From Haplodiscus bocki (Eukaryota): a stretch of 64,000 bases of DNA. The position numbers and the translations under genes are program-made. Where the stretch lies: the NCBI GenBank assembly GCA_965655095.1, contig OZ296658.1, positions 37,944,001-38,008,000 of the forward strand. Reading direction: 5' to 3'. Numbering within the stretch: position 1 is the stretch's first letter; each line of letters starts with the position of its first letter. A model generated the notes under the pieces. It worked only from the letters and a program-made list of their open reading frames with translations, was not told the DNA's origin and ran no database searches. Shown here piece by piece: positions 11,172-22,900 of the stretch.

Positions 11172-11348
11172 TTAAGTAGAAATATTTGAAATCGATTTCT
11201 TTTTATTAATATTGTTTATATGGATTCGAGATTTTAAATGATTTTTATAAAATCTCACAATACATAGATTATCACAGATATGACAATAAATGCGATATTC
11301 ATTATCATCTTCGCAATAAATAGCTTGTTCATAAATATCTTCATCCAT
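11172..11348 (-). CDS. Small C2H2-like zinc-finger protein (58 aa)
   Basis: MDEDIYEQAIYCEDDNEYRIYCHICDNLCIVRFYKNHLKSRIH...; TAAATG start. Confidence 0.6.
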   Translation of the reverse strand: MDEDIYEQAIYCEDDNEYRIYCHICDNLCIVRFYKNHLKSRIHINNINKKKSISNIST

Positions 11349-11361
11349 TTATTTAAATAAG

Positions 11362-11407
11362 ATTACTTGAAATGATTTAAATAAGATCTCAATTTTCTAC
11401 ACAATAC
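11362..11407 (-). promoter_or_regulatory. 46-bp repeated putative viral promoter module, copy 2
   Basis: attacttgaaatgatttaaataagatctcaattttctacacaatac; fills the divergent intergenic gap; on minus strand followed after 10 nt by TAAATG of ORF 11348. Confidence 0.55.
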
Positions 11408-11409
11408 AA

Positions 11410-11658
11410 ATGGAAGCTTCTGTAAATGTGATTAAACAAGATCATTTCGTATGTAATAAAATTAATAATATGTTAGATAGATATAATAGATTAACTTATG
11501 ATCATAAAATTGGAATAGCATATGATAATTTGATTCAAAATATTATTCTTAAAGAATTAAGGAATATGATGTCAGTAATGATAAGAGATTTAGATATGGA
11601 ATTAAAATTGAAAATTAGTAGAATAAACTATCTTGAAAGTATTTTTTATTGTATATAA
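11410..11658 (+). CDS. Polinton hypothetical protein (divergent cluster)
   Basis: 82-aa ORF; its stop forms TAAATG with a next, decayed ORF at 11659. Confidence 0.5.
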   Translation: MEASVNVIKQDHFVCNKINNMLDRYNRLTYDHKIGIAYDNLIQNIILKELRNMMSVMIRDLDMELKLKISRINYLESIFYCI

Positions 11659-11970
11659 ATGATTGGAGTAAACGATTTGAAAGATGTTTTGGATTCTATT
11701 GATATTGGTATAACTGATAATAATAATAAAACTCATTACATATTATATATATCTTTGATTCATAATTATTTTTTGAACGTAGAATGAATTGATTTTGGAA
11801 TACGATATAATATACTTAAACAATGTAACCTAATAATAACTAGATTGATTGATTCTGAAAATGGTAAATTGAGAGATGATTGGCTTAAAATGAGAAATTT
11901 GATTGTTCCTGATCTTATAGAAAAAAATGAAGAATTAAATAAAGCCGATCGTTATTTTAAATCCTTATAA

Positions 11971-12255
11971 ATGGAAACAATTAAAGATGTTTTAAACTTT
12001 CTTAATCAAATAGAAATATTTAGAATTATATCTGGCTTAGAATATAATACTTTTAATATTATTAGAAAAATTCTTATAGATGAAATTAACAACATAGATG
12101 GTGACAAATTAATTAAAATATTAACAAATTTAGATGATATATATAATAATTATATAAAAATGAATATTAATTTTGATAAAACATCAGTCGAATCGTTAAG
12201 AGATAATATCTTTGAAATCTATGAAATGAAAATATCAAATAATCATATTTGTTAA
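11971..12255 (+). CDS. Polinton hypothetical protein (divergent cluster)
   Basis: 94-aa ORF with TAAATG start. Confidence 0.5.
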   Translation: METIKDVLNFLNQIEIFRIISGLEYNTFNIIRKILIDEINNIDGDKLIKILTNLDDIYNNYIKMNINFDKTSVESLRDNIFEIYEMKISNNHIC

Positions 12256-12429
12256 CTATTAAATGGTTGTAAAAATGAAAGAATACTTCGAAAAGACTAG
12301 ACACATCATCAAAAATAACAACAAATCTAAAAAATACATTCTACGAGGACGAAGAAATGCAATATATCATAAAAAAATATTATCAAATAAAAAGAAATCT
12401 TACAATTCATCATAATTTGGTAATTTCAA

Positions 12430-12714
12430 TTTCTAGAAGACTATAATAGATACAAAGTTGAAATTTTCAGTGTACACTAATATTTCGACGAGCTTTCCAA
12501 AATTATATCACACTTTGCTCTAGCTTAAAATTTTATAATCTGTACATGTTTAAGCTATGTCGACATTTTGGGTTTTTGTCAGTTTTCTAGACGATTATAA
12601 TAGATACAAGGCTGAAAATTTCAACGTAAACATAACTTTCGACGAGCTATTCAAAAATATATCACACGTTGTTGTAGCTCAAAATTTTATAATCTATACA
12701 TGTTTAAGGATGTC
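12430..12714. repeat. Two diverged direct repeats (~130 bp matching, ~155 bp period) at the Polinton right flank
   Basis: tttctaga..actataatagatacaa...tttcgacgagct...tatatcacac...aaaattttataatct.tacatgtttaag..atgtc occurs twice. Confidence 0.85.
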
Positions 12715-13212
12715 GCCATAGTGTGTGTATTTCTCAGAAATCGTGTTTTTTCGCTTTAGACAAAAATATCCACTGGCCAACTTTCTAATTCTACTATTTC
12801 TAGCATATCCGAGTGAGCATTCCTGGCAGATATTCCCGTCGATCTATTCTACTTTTTCAAGCTTCAAGACATGGACAGTTCCTCCATATAGCTTTGCGCG
12901 TGATGTTGACATAGACAGTGGGACGTTGGTTAGTCGTGAACCACAAACACGACGACTATGCAATTAAGCACAGCCTTAACTTTAGTCTATGTAACAAATA
13001 CCACTAGGCTATTAGGAGACGAAATAGAAAGAGAGGTACTAGAATAAATATACATAAGGGAATATGATGACATAATTTTTCTCAGTCTCGTATATATGTA
13101 TGTAGACATAAATTGAAGAACAAAAGGCGAGGCTCGAAGAGCTGAGCAATAATATAAGCGAGAGGCTGACTGAAAGTAAGCCGGTGAGTGAGCAACGCGA
13201 ACGAGCGAGCGG

Positions 13213-13302
13213 GTATATTGTCGGATAATACCAGTGGCCGATGAGGGTGAAGGAGCAAAGCGACTGAGCTCTCAGAGGTTACTGGTATTATCCGCAATAT
13301 AC
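13213..13302. repeat. 22-bp inverted repeat (hairpin) with 45-nt loop
   Basis: gtatattg(t)cggataataccagt ... actggtattatccgcaatatac. Confidence 0.85.
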
Positions 13303-14213
13303 TATATTATTCATATGAATCATTTAAAATCCTTCAAAAATCTTCGGTAATATGGAAACTCATACAAAATTTTTTCGTAATATTGATGGTCATTTTGTGA
13401 AGTTTTTTTCACTGTGAGGAACTTAGCAAGACAATGTAACTTAGAAAACTCGTTTAACTTCACTAAATTCTTACTGTGTTGTCAACAAACTCAACGAAAT
13501 TATGAAAAAATTTGTTCAAAATAAGTAGTTCTGACCCATATACTTGCCCATTCTATATTACAAAACTTGCAATCAAAAATTTGATAATTTTCGAGTTTTT
13601 TCCCATCATTTTTCAGAAGTAAGTCTGGAAAACTTGCAATCACAATAAAGGAAATTATCTAGCTTAATCAGAGAATGGTACAAAATATGGCCCAAAAATA
13701 ATGTGCAGGTACCCATATAGTTCCCTTGTTTCCCATAAATACGTTCCCTGGTTTCAATTAAAAGTACATTCAGTTATCATTTTGATAGCTGATACTATCC
13801 ATGTTATTTCGTATTTTGCACTATCTTATCACGACAGTCATTGACGATCAACGCGGGTGGACGGAAAATTATTAGTTTAAATGCAGACATTATCTTAGCA
13901 AAAAATCGGGCGATTGCGTGATTAGCGAAAATTACCCGCTCAAAAATTTCATTTCTTCAAAGTTTTCAAAATTTGCATTAGATTGTGTATAAAATTTTGG
14001 TTTTTATAAAAAATGCGTTTCCAAACGATAGCTATTTAGTGTTGTTTTCAAAAAACTTTTGCCGTTATTTTGAAAAAGACTCCGTTTGTCTTTCAACGCA
14101 TTTCTGGCAAAATTGGGTCCCAGAAAATATGTCGGATCAGCCAAGCGTCTTGTTTCTACATGCAATGGTCTTTGAATATTTGAAGTTGAATTTTCTACGC
14201 TTTTTTATCTTAC

Positions 14214-14353
14214 CTTCCGAGCTCTTTGATTCCAGATGCCCCCCGCATGAGACATTGGGCTCTAAACTTCTCTAACAGAGTGGAGTCTTTATCATCCAGG
14301 ATGGCCTTGCATTTCTTCTTTAGCTCTGCTTCGTGTCTAGAAGTGGCTGCCAT
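14214..14353 (-). CDS. CAPSL: Calcyphosin-like EF-hand protein, first coding exon
   Basis: MAATSRHEAELKKKCKAILDDKDSTLLEKFRAQCLMRGASGIKELGR matches the CAPSL N-terminus (MAGTARH...[20 protein letters not shown]); ends at AG|gtaaga donor. Downstream exons not seen in window. Confidence 0.88.
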
Positions 14354-15764
14354 CTCCGTTTTGTCTTTCCACAGGGAGTTTCACAGGCAGAAGCTTGGGA
14401 AAATTAAATGAAACTTTGAATCTCAATAAAAGGTCTCCTTTTCAGTTAAATTTCAAATCTAGTAAGATATCTCGTCATAGAAAACGTTAGACATGTAATC
14501 TTGTTACGTTTAAAATGTCATCACAGTTTTGTTTTACGCAGTAGAAAATGAACGTAGTATGTACAAGAGTACGTGTGCAAAAAATGAAACGTGCCATTTT
14601 AAGATGAGAATTCAAAGCGTTTGCAGACTATGTTCGGTGAGATTTTTTCTTTTGTATGCTGCGTGCTCTTGTTTGCTATTCTCTCGTTTCTTTTTAAATT
14701 GTCTGGATTTCTCCCTTGGGTAGCTCGCATCAAATTTTTCAAAAATACTTGTTGTTGGATATTTCCCACAAGTTTAACCTTCTTAGTATGATAATTTGAA
14801 TAAGTTATGCAGCTTTTTGAAGAATAATATTTTTTTCTCTACAGTAAACAAACAGTTTTGTTATTGAAACAATTTAACATTGAGAAAATAATTCATCGGG
14901 CACAAAGGACCTTTTGCCCATGCCCGGAATGCCAAGTCTCAAATTTGCATTTTATCTAAAAAAAAATCAGACATCTATTTCTTCAAAAAAGACATGCAGA
15001 CATACAAATGATGGCCTGATCTTAACCTTAGCATGGCAACCCTTGACCTCCATGCCATGATTATACCAAGAAAAATTACCACCCAATGAATGGAACAAGG
15101 CATTTTTAATGAGACAGTGATGGGGACCAGGAAAACCAGGGATGTCTTTGTGCGAGCCTACACATATACCCAAGGGGCCAGAGATACTTTAGAAAATGCA
15201 TCTTTGAGCCTTGCCCACTTATTCGTGTGCTCGGTCCTGGGTCGGCTGTAGTAAGATTGGTATCTATGGCCAAAGTACGTTCACATTATATAAATAAAAA
15301 TCAACAACAAATGTTGCTTTTTCTAACACCGTAGGGCGGGCATCCGCGCTTTCCACTCAATGTTTTTGGTGGCCCTTTCGTCTTTGTTTGAAACCTATTG
15401 CTATATTTATGATTGGCCGGAGGTCACAATGGTCAGCCTATTACTCACGCTTCTTTGCGCCTTTTTTTCACCAATGGGTTTTTGAGACATGACCACTACC
15501 TCGAAGGCAGGAAATAAGAACTTGCTCAACCCAGGATGAAAAAATATGAAAAATATTTTGTTTCACAACAACCAAGACAAACATGTCGTGATACAGTCAT
15601 GATCATTTCATTGCATGATTGTCATGTTTGATCATGTTTGTCAACTCGGGAGGGCCCAATGGTGCTAAATTGACAGGAATTCCAACATGCAACCACCCCT
15701 TTAGAAACTCTCGTTTCAAACTACTACAGCACTTCCCCTCCTAGATTATCCTAGATATTATCCC

Positions 15765-16175
15765 TCTCTATAATATGGAAGGAAAATCTTTCTCTCGCAG
15801 CGTGCGTTTTCTTAAGTTTACTTTTGCGCGAATTGACAAAATTGAACGATTCTGACTTTGAAGATTTTATAACAGCAAAAAAAAAGGAAATTTGCCGTAA
15901 ACTGGGATTGGAACAATAGCATTTCTTACATACGTACCAAAGTTTTTTAAGGAACAAAAGGTTTGTTTTATGAAAATTTGCTGTAGAATGCATATAAAAT
16001 GGTAAAATTCCTCAATCACGTTTTTTAAACTGAAATTAGGTTTTTTAAAAATTGGGAGGTGACAAATTTATGTTGAAAAAATCATATGAGCTAATTTTAT
16101 CCAAAAAAAGTTTCTTTTAAAACGCACTTCTAACAAAATTGGCAGGAATAATCCCGGTAGTAGCTGGGCGTCTTG
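15765..16175 (+). mobile_element. Non-autonomous Helitron-like repeat copy
   Basis: 5' tctataatatggaaggaaaa, internal aaatttgctgtagaatgc, 3' cccggtagtagctgggcgtcttg hairpin end shared with other copies. Confidence 0.55.
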
Positions 16176-16921
16176 ATAATATTAGTTTGTAATGATAGTC
16201 TAATAATTTTTGAGCAATTGATCAAAATTCCAATGTAAACGAACCTGGAATAAAAATTCAAAATCCATTCCCAGGGTGAAAACATTCGGTTAAATCAATG
16301 ATAATATGAAGTTTTCGGAAATGAAAAAAAATCGCGATATTAGGTTGTTAATTCGAAAGTTCATGAGCCATTTTGTCGGAAAACAATCAGATTATCCCGT
16401 CCTTCTAGATGCTGTCATTTTTGCTGTTTCCAACGATCTAGACGCAAAGTTGCTTCAGAAGCAAAATTTGAAGAAACTTTTGAATTTGAGCTATTTGCAA
16501 ATTTATATAGGTCTATCTATGGTTACAGGGCTTTCTTAACAAATTCTTGCTGCGGGTTTTATCGATGACAGGATTGGAAACTTCGGGTTCACATTAGGAC
16601 CATCGTGGAAGTTTGAATTTGGGTGAGTTTGGGGCAAATGAAATCCCTTGTTGTCAAACAATAGCTGTTGGAGAAAGATTTTACTGGCTTCAATTCAGAT
16701 GGATAGCTAACTGAACTTGAATCTATTTGCTGAGATATACAATAAAAATCCTATCTGCTCGCTTGATGTCGGTCGAAAACTTCTTGGTAAATTAATAACA
16801 ATTTATTCATTGCATAAAAGTTTATAAAATAAATTGCAAATAACAATTATATATAAATTGGTTAAGATCAAATTATAGTACTTGAAGGATATGTACATGC
16901 AACAGTTATAACTATAGTTAG

Positions 16922-19900
16922 TTAATTGTTGGCTGGGTTGATTCCCATGTTGTCGAACATGCGACAGCGAGTCAGAACCCTTTCTAGCTTGGCCACCTGT
17001 TCATTGGCCTCAGCCCTGGAAGCAGCTGTGATGGGATCTTCTTGCATGCACGCTGCCAACTCGTTCAAATTCTGAAAAAAAACTCACCTTCAAATCAATT
17101 CCTTATTTATTCACTTCACGTTACCATTCAATTGAGTCCTTCCAGTCGTTTTGCGTGATCTTTGTCATTTTCAACCATATTTCAATAAGGGTGGAAAATC
17201 ATGCACTCAACGCGTGCGTTTTTTTAAATTTTTACTTTAACGAATTCATGAGATATAATGATATGAAGAGTTTCAAAAGTTTGAAAATTTTTCATGACCA
17301 AATTCAAAAAAATTTGTTGTAGAATGCAAATTAAACAGTAGGGTTTCTTAAAAACAAACGAAAATAGGGTTGTTTAGTGAAAAAATTTGGATTCTTTTGG
17401 AAAAATATCTAGATTTTGAAAAGTGGAAAAAAGCAGCAAATTTGATGTAGAAAGCGGATGAAATGGCAATATTTCTTGAAAATGCTTTTTTTCGACCAAA
17501 ATTTTGGGTTTTTTGACGAAAAATCCGATTTTTTTTTGATAATTGGGAAACATTAGCCACTGTCAGATAAAACGCATATAGAGGGATAAGTTTTCCTAAC
17601 AACGCATTTTAAACAAATTTGGAGGGCGGAAATATCCCGGAGTTGGCCTGGCGGCGTCTTTGTTTTAATATTCACCAGACGGGCATGAACTTTTTGAGCA
17701 AGCGTCATCAGTGATTACTGTTTACCTCGATGAGAGCTCTGAGGAGCTTCTTTTTGAGACTGATGACCATGTGATACTCGATTATTTTGGGGATGGTGTC
17801 AAGCATGCTGCAGCAACAGTGGTAGATATACTTGTAGTACATCTCTATCGTCTTCTGCACTGCCTCGTCCACGTAGTCTTCGATGGGCTTACTTGAGTAG
17901 GGTGCTTGCGTGGGGGGACCTCCTGGCAATCTGTATAACAATTCACAGTAATCTCGTCCACTCCATCAGTCATGTTCACTATTTTGAGATGCAATCCGAA
18001 ACATTCAAATGATTTAAATGCGATCACAACCATTATCACAGTTTTATACTCACAGTTTATTTATTATAATTAAATTCATTATTGTTTATTGTGGATTTCC
18101 CGCGAATATTGCCGCGATCTCAGTATTTTTATTTCATTGTGTGGCCTGATGAATATTGCCTCTTTGAAACCTTACCTCATGTTCATGCATCATGCATGTT
18201 CAAATTATAATGGCCTTTCACGGTAGCGGTCTGTTATTGGCTGTCATTTTGGCATTGAAAGTGAATTGTGTCTTACTTGAAAGGAATTTTTTCACTTTCG
18301 TCGTCTCCACCCAAATAAAATCCATCATTCTCATCATCAGTCTGGTTGTCTTCAGAGTCAACGCTGCTACCCCCCGCTGCAGCCAGCTGTTCATTTACAT
18401 TCTCAAAGAATGAGTCTATTTTGGGTTTTGCAGACGGGTTTGCAAAGCCTAAAACCATCAAATTATCTAAAAGCCAATTTAAAAGTTGGTTAGCAGATGG
18501 CAAAAATGAAAAGTTTAGAATTTCTTGCGGTTTTCTGCTGAAAAAATGTTACAGTGAGCCGTTTCGCTGTGAAAATCAGTTACGCAGTTATAGAGAAGCG
18601 GAAAGGTCTGATCAAACTGTTTTAACAGCTCCGAAGGTTACACTTTTGGAGAACTAGTTTCGAAAAAGTTGTTAGAAATGAACACTGAGACCCTTGAGCC
18701 AAAAGAAATTGTGAGCGATGATGTGAATCTTTTTTGAAAAAAAACCTGATTTTTTTTAAAAGATCGGTAGAGGTGGCAAATTTGCTGTAGAATGCGTATC
18801 AAATGATGTTACTTCTTGGAAATGTCCTAATTGTGAGTTTTTGTTGCTGAAAAATTAGAAAATTTTCAAATTTGGAAAAGTTACAAAAATTGACGGAGCT
18901 TTCTGAAGCTTTTGACGGTACTTTTTGAAGAAAAAGGATTTCATTCTTTTATAAGGCATCTTCAACAAGATATGTGGGAGGGAAATATGCCGGTGGTAGG
19001 CGGCAGTAATATTACATTCTGACTGAAAGAAAAAATGTGTATTGGAAACCGGTTTATGCATAGTTTTTTTAACCTGTTCAGAAATAGCATTTTTTGACGT
19101 CATCGGAGAATCTAGTTATCTAGAGTAAAACGGTTTTTCCCCCCTTCAAAAAGTCCTCACTTTTTTCAACATTCGTCTGAAAAATTGAAAAAAAAAGAGT
19201 CACAAAAAATGAAGTTTCACAGAGTGGGTGTTTAAAACAACCAAGCCCAAAAATACACAAAGTACCAATGTTTGAACTGAAGAAACTGTTATACCATACC
19301 AAATAGTTATACCACACTATTTAAATAGTTAGCAGCGTTTTAAGGCTAAAATTTTCAAGACGCTGATGAATACCTCAAGTCAATGAATTTTTAGGACACT
19401 GGTAGTGTCCGATCAAAAAAATTTTTTAATCAAAATAGATACAAAAATATGCTTTTGCTTAAAGACAAAATATTGGGTATATAAATGGTCTAATAATGTG
19501 GAGAAACATCGAAAATTACTGTTGAAATTCGTTTTCCATTAAGAACATGGAAAATTGAATTTTCAAAATTTCGCAATGCTCCAAAAATCTCCATATAAAA
19601 CAGTTTTCTCAAATTTTAGTTTTGGAGATTTTGGAATATTTTTCATAATCAATTTCTTGTTCGTTGTCGTCCACATTTTTGAAAACAACATTTACAAAAT
19701 AATAATTTGCAAAACTTTTGAGAAGCAGAAAGGAGTCTGACCGCAAAAATTTCGGCACTGTGAGACGAAAAAATGTGAAACTTCCCCCATTTGGTATACA
19801 CATGTTTCTGCCCCAGACCGGTGAAAGCGCGCCGAGTTTCAAGTATAATCGTTTGAATTATTTTTAGCAGCCTACAGCTGATTATATGATCCAGAAGATT

Positions 19901-22900
19901 GTTTGTGCCACAAATTAGAGTACTTGTTTTTGAAGTTTCGAAAATATTCAAAGTCAGTTGCAAGTTTTTGCAAAGTAGGTTCTGGATATTCCAATTTTGG
20001 GCAGTGTATTGAAAGTGGCCTAGTAGTTCTCATTATCATAATTGCGAGATCAATTAAGTATTTTTATGCAAACGGCTTTAATTATTTAATTGAGCAGTTG
20101 TTTTAATCTTGGGGATTTTGACCTTGGATATTTTAGGACCTCGGCTATTTTGGCCACGTGTATTCCAGACTTTGGATATTCTAGTTCTGTGTATTTCGTG
20201 TTCAGGTATTTTGAGGTGGAACCGTTTCACAAACCAATATTTTAAGCATGAAGCAGTGTGAGCTTCATGTTATGCTTTTTTGAGTTGTTCACTGTGCAAA
20301 TCTCTGAAACATTGAACCACCAAATTGTCAACCTAAACATGCATGATTGACAAACCAACTTTTCGAGTATAAAACGCCGTGACAAGCACTTGTCTCATTT
20401 CGACTTTTTCGAACAACTTTTTGAAACTTCTGGTGCAGTATATCTGAAAGTGTCAATCGAATCAAGGTGGAAATGTCTCTCAGGACGTTTAATCGGTCAA
20501 ATTTATCTTTAATTTCAACTGAGAAGTCAGAATGTCTTGGGAAATTGCGCTTCGCCTCTGTAGGAAATAAAAAATTTTCGTTGAAATGTATTCAAAACTC
20601 ATGTGTAATTAATGGTGCACTGCCACTTTTCAAAAAAAACAATCATGACGCTGCGTGAATTATTATTTTCCGCACAATATTTTCTGCACCTATTTTTAAC
20701 TATGGAAGGAAAAGCATCCACTCAATGCGTCCGGTTTTTACGTTTACTTGCCAACTGAAAGTGTTCGACTTCCGGCGGTTCTGAATTTGACAATGACTGA
20801 CATAGAAAAAAGTCTCAAATATGTACGAAAATTTTTCACGAACAATAGTGGGTCTTTTGAAAAACCTGATTTTTCAAAAAATCGGTAAAGGTGGCAAATT
20901 TGCTGTAGAATGCATATCAAGCATATTATTTTTTCAGATATATTTTTTCCACCTAAATTGAGGTTTTGCAAAAAGTCATGAAACTTTCAAATTTCCAGCA
21001 GTTTGAAACTTTGATGAATAGTTTTTGTACCTTGTGAAAATCATCTTCAACAAAGTTGGAGGGCAGAAAATATCCCGGTGGTAGCCGGGAGTATTGTTTG
21101 AAACAATTTAAAAAGATGTGTCCCGCTTGCCTAGGATGCCTTTTATTCCTCTGAACATTCGCTTCTTTCTCTTCTTCGTGACGACACCGCTGAGGGGGTC
21201 ACAAATATCGGTCAGAATAGTGGGCAACAGCTGGTACTTCCTCTTGTCACTCGTCAGTGAAAGCGGAACGTTCTTCAAGTTGTAATCATTGATAAACGGC
21301 TTCACTTCCATCTCAAAAATTGTCTCCAGGTACTGTTTACACGCAAGACGCTGTGTATCAAAGACTGACATAGTCAGGTCATTCAAGGGTCGGAGCAGTG
21401 AAAACTTGTTGGCGTGACTCATCAGAACTGCGGTCAGAGTTTTCTGGACCAACTCTTCAACTTTGCTCAGAGCCTCCATGGCAATGAGCTCCACATCCCG
21501 CATCTTGCGTTCCACGTGATTGCGATATATGGAGTATCGGGGGAACCCCCGGGGTTCAGGTCCCCTGTGGTTGATGTACTCCTCCCGCATTTCCTGATAG
21601 AGACCCCCATCTGGGATGAGAGCGGTGAGGACGCTGTGTGAGAAGTAGTCGTAAGCAGTGTTGTTGCTACAGTGGAGATGGTAGTCTGAAACAAAATAAT
21701 TCAATAAAAAGCTTTTCTAAATCCAATATTAGAAGAAGATAGTGAACCGTGACTCGGCTTTTCGAAACTCTCTCAATTTTTGTTGACGTCATTGCCAAAA
21801 AGCGAAGCCAGCAAGTGAGAATAGCGAGCCAATAAAAAGCGAGATGAAACTCAGTGATTGTGTTTCGGCAAACTCCTGTCTCTTTTTACCGGTTCTGAAA
21901 CATTTCCCAATGCGAAGAAGACCTGGCGACTTTTCGGTTTTGGTTTTGATTTCAGGCATGGTAACTGGAGGTGGCTTTGATTGCGAGCAAAGTTTCCAAA
22001 TTTTGAAAACTCACCACTTTTGTGCGGGCCTTGAAAATATAGTGAAGAATAATAGTGATGCTTCCTTTCAAAAGCGCCGATTGAACATCAAAATAATTAT
22101 TAAATATTGAATATTGAAAAAACGTGTAATTCGATTTGCTTTTCGTTCAGTTTGATGCACCAGTTATAACTGAAGCCTACAAATCCTACTTTCACACTCC
22201 CTCGTATCTTTTTCTTCCAGAGTCAACGCATTAAAGTCTGTGTTTATTCCGTCCACAATTTTGGAGAGTTCCACGTATTTGGATTTGTCATCTTCAAAAA
22301 TGACGGGGTACGATTTCTTTTTGGCCTCGGCTTGTCTGTACATATTGCGAATTTCGCCCACCAAAAGAGGGAGACTTCTTCTGGCTATCTGGTGAATAAT
22401 CCGACTGACAATTCTAACCAAATTGTCTGTTCCAGCTTTCTTATTTCTGTAGAGCTCACTGAACATTTCATGATTTTCAAAAAAATCTTTTTCCTTTTGG
22501 CGAGCCTCTTGAATCGTGGCGCCTGAAAAAAAAAACAAAAAAATCTGAATTGAGTTAGGTTTCAAATTTTAGTTTTGGTGTATGTTAATAACGTAATTCA
22601 ACTTTCTCAAGAATCCGATATCAGTAAAATCTTACAGTGAAAACTAAAATAGATACATATGCACTATCCGAGATTTTTTCAAGAAGTTTCGGATGTTGCA
22701 GAGATTTCATCAACATTCATTCATTACTTACACAAAAATTTAAGTTAAACTTGAAAAGTTTTTGCAGAAGTTATAATTTCTTGGAGTGAATAAACTAAAT
22801 ATTTCATATTAGAGGTTGATAAAAACGCGAAACCGCGTAACACGTGTAAAAGGGTCTGGCGGTAGTGGGGATCGAACCTGGACTTTTCTAATTCCAACAT

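Larger units (their letters stand above)
1..12420 (-). mobile_element. Endogenous Polinton/Maverick-like (adintovirus-like) element, partial (continues left of window), mildly decayed
   Basis: Sharply AT-rich, tightly packed intronless ORFs including integrase, adenain protease, major/minor capsid and A32-like ATPase, the Polinton core set. Right boundary uncertain (12.4-13.3 kb); no pPolB in window. Confidence 0.93.

Noticed and set aside
1-12420. Protein-primed DNA polymerase B of the Polinton
   Set aside because: No PolB motifs in the window; probably left of base 1, so its absence cannot be claimed.
15027-15040. RFX X-box-like gttgccatgctaag upstream of CAPSL
   Set aside because: Only one good half-site; TSS unknown.
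18176-18240. Extra Mx micro-exon (cag...GAG|gtaagg)
   Set aside because: Stops in all frames; exons 7 and 8 already join in phase.
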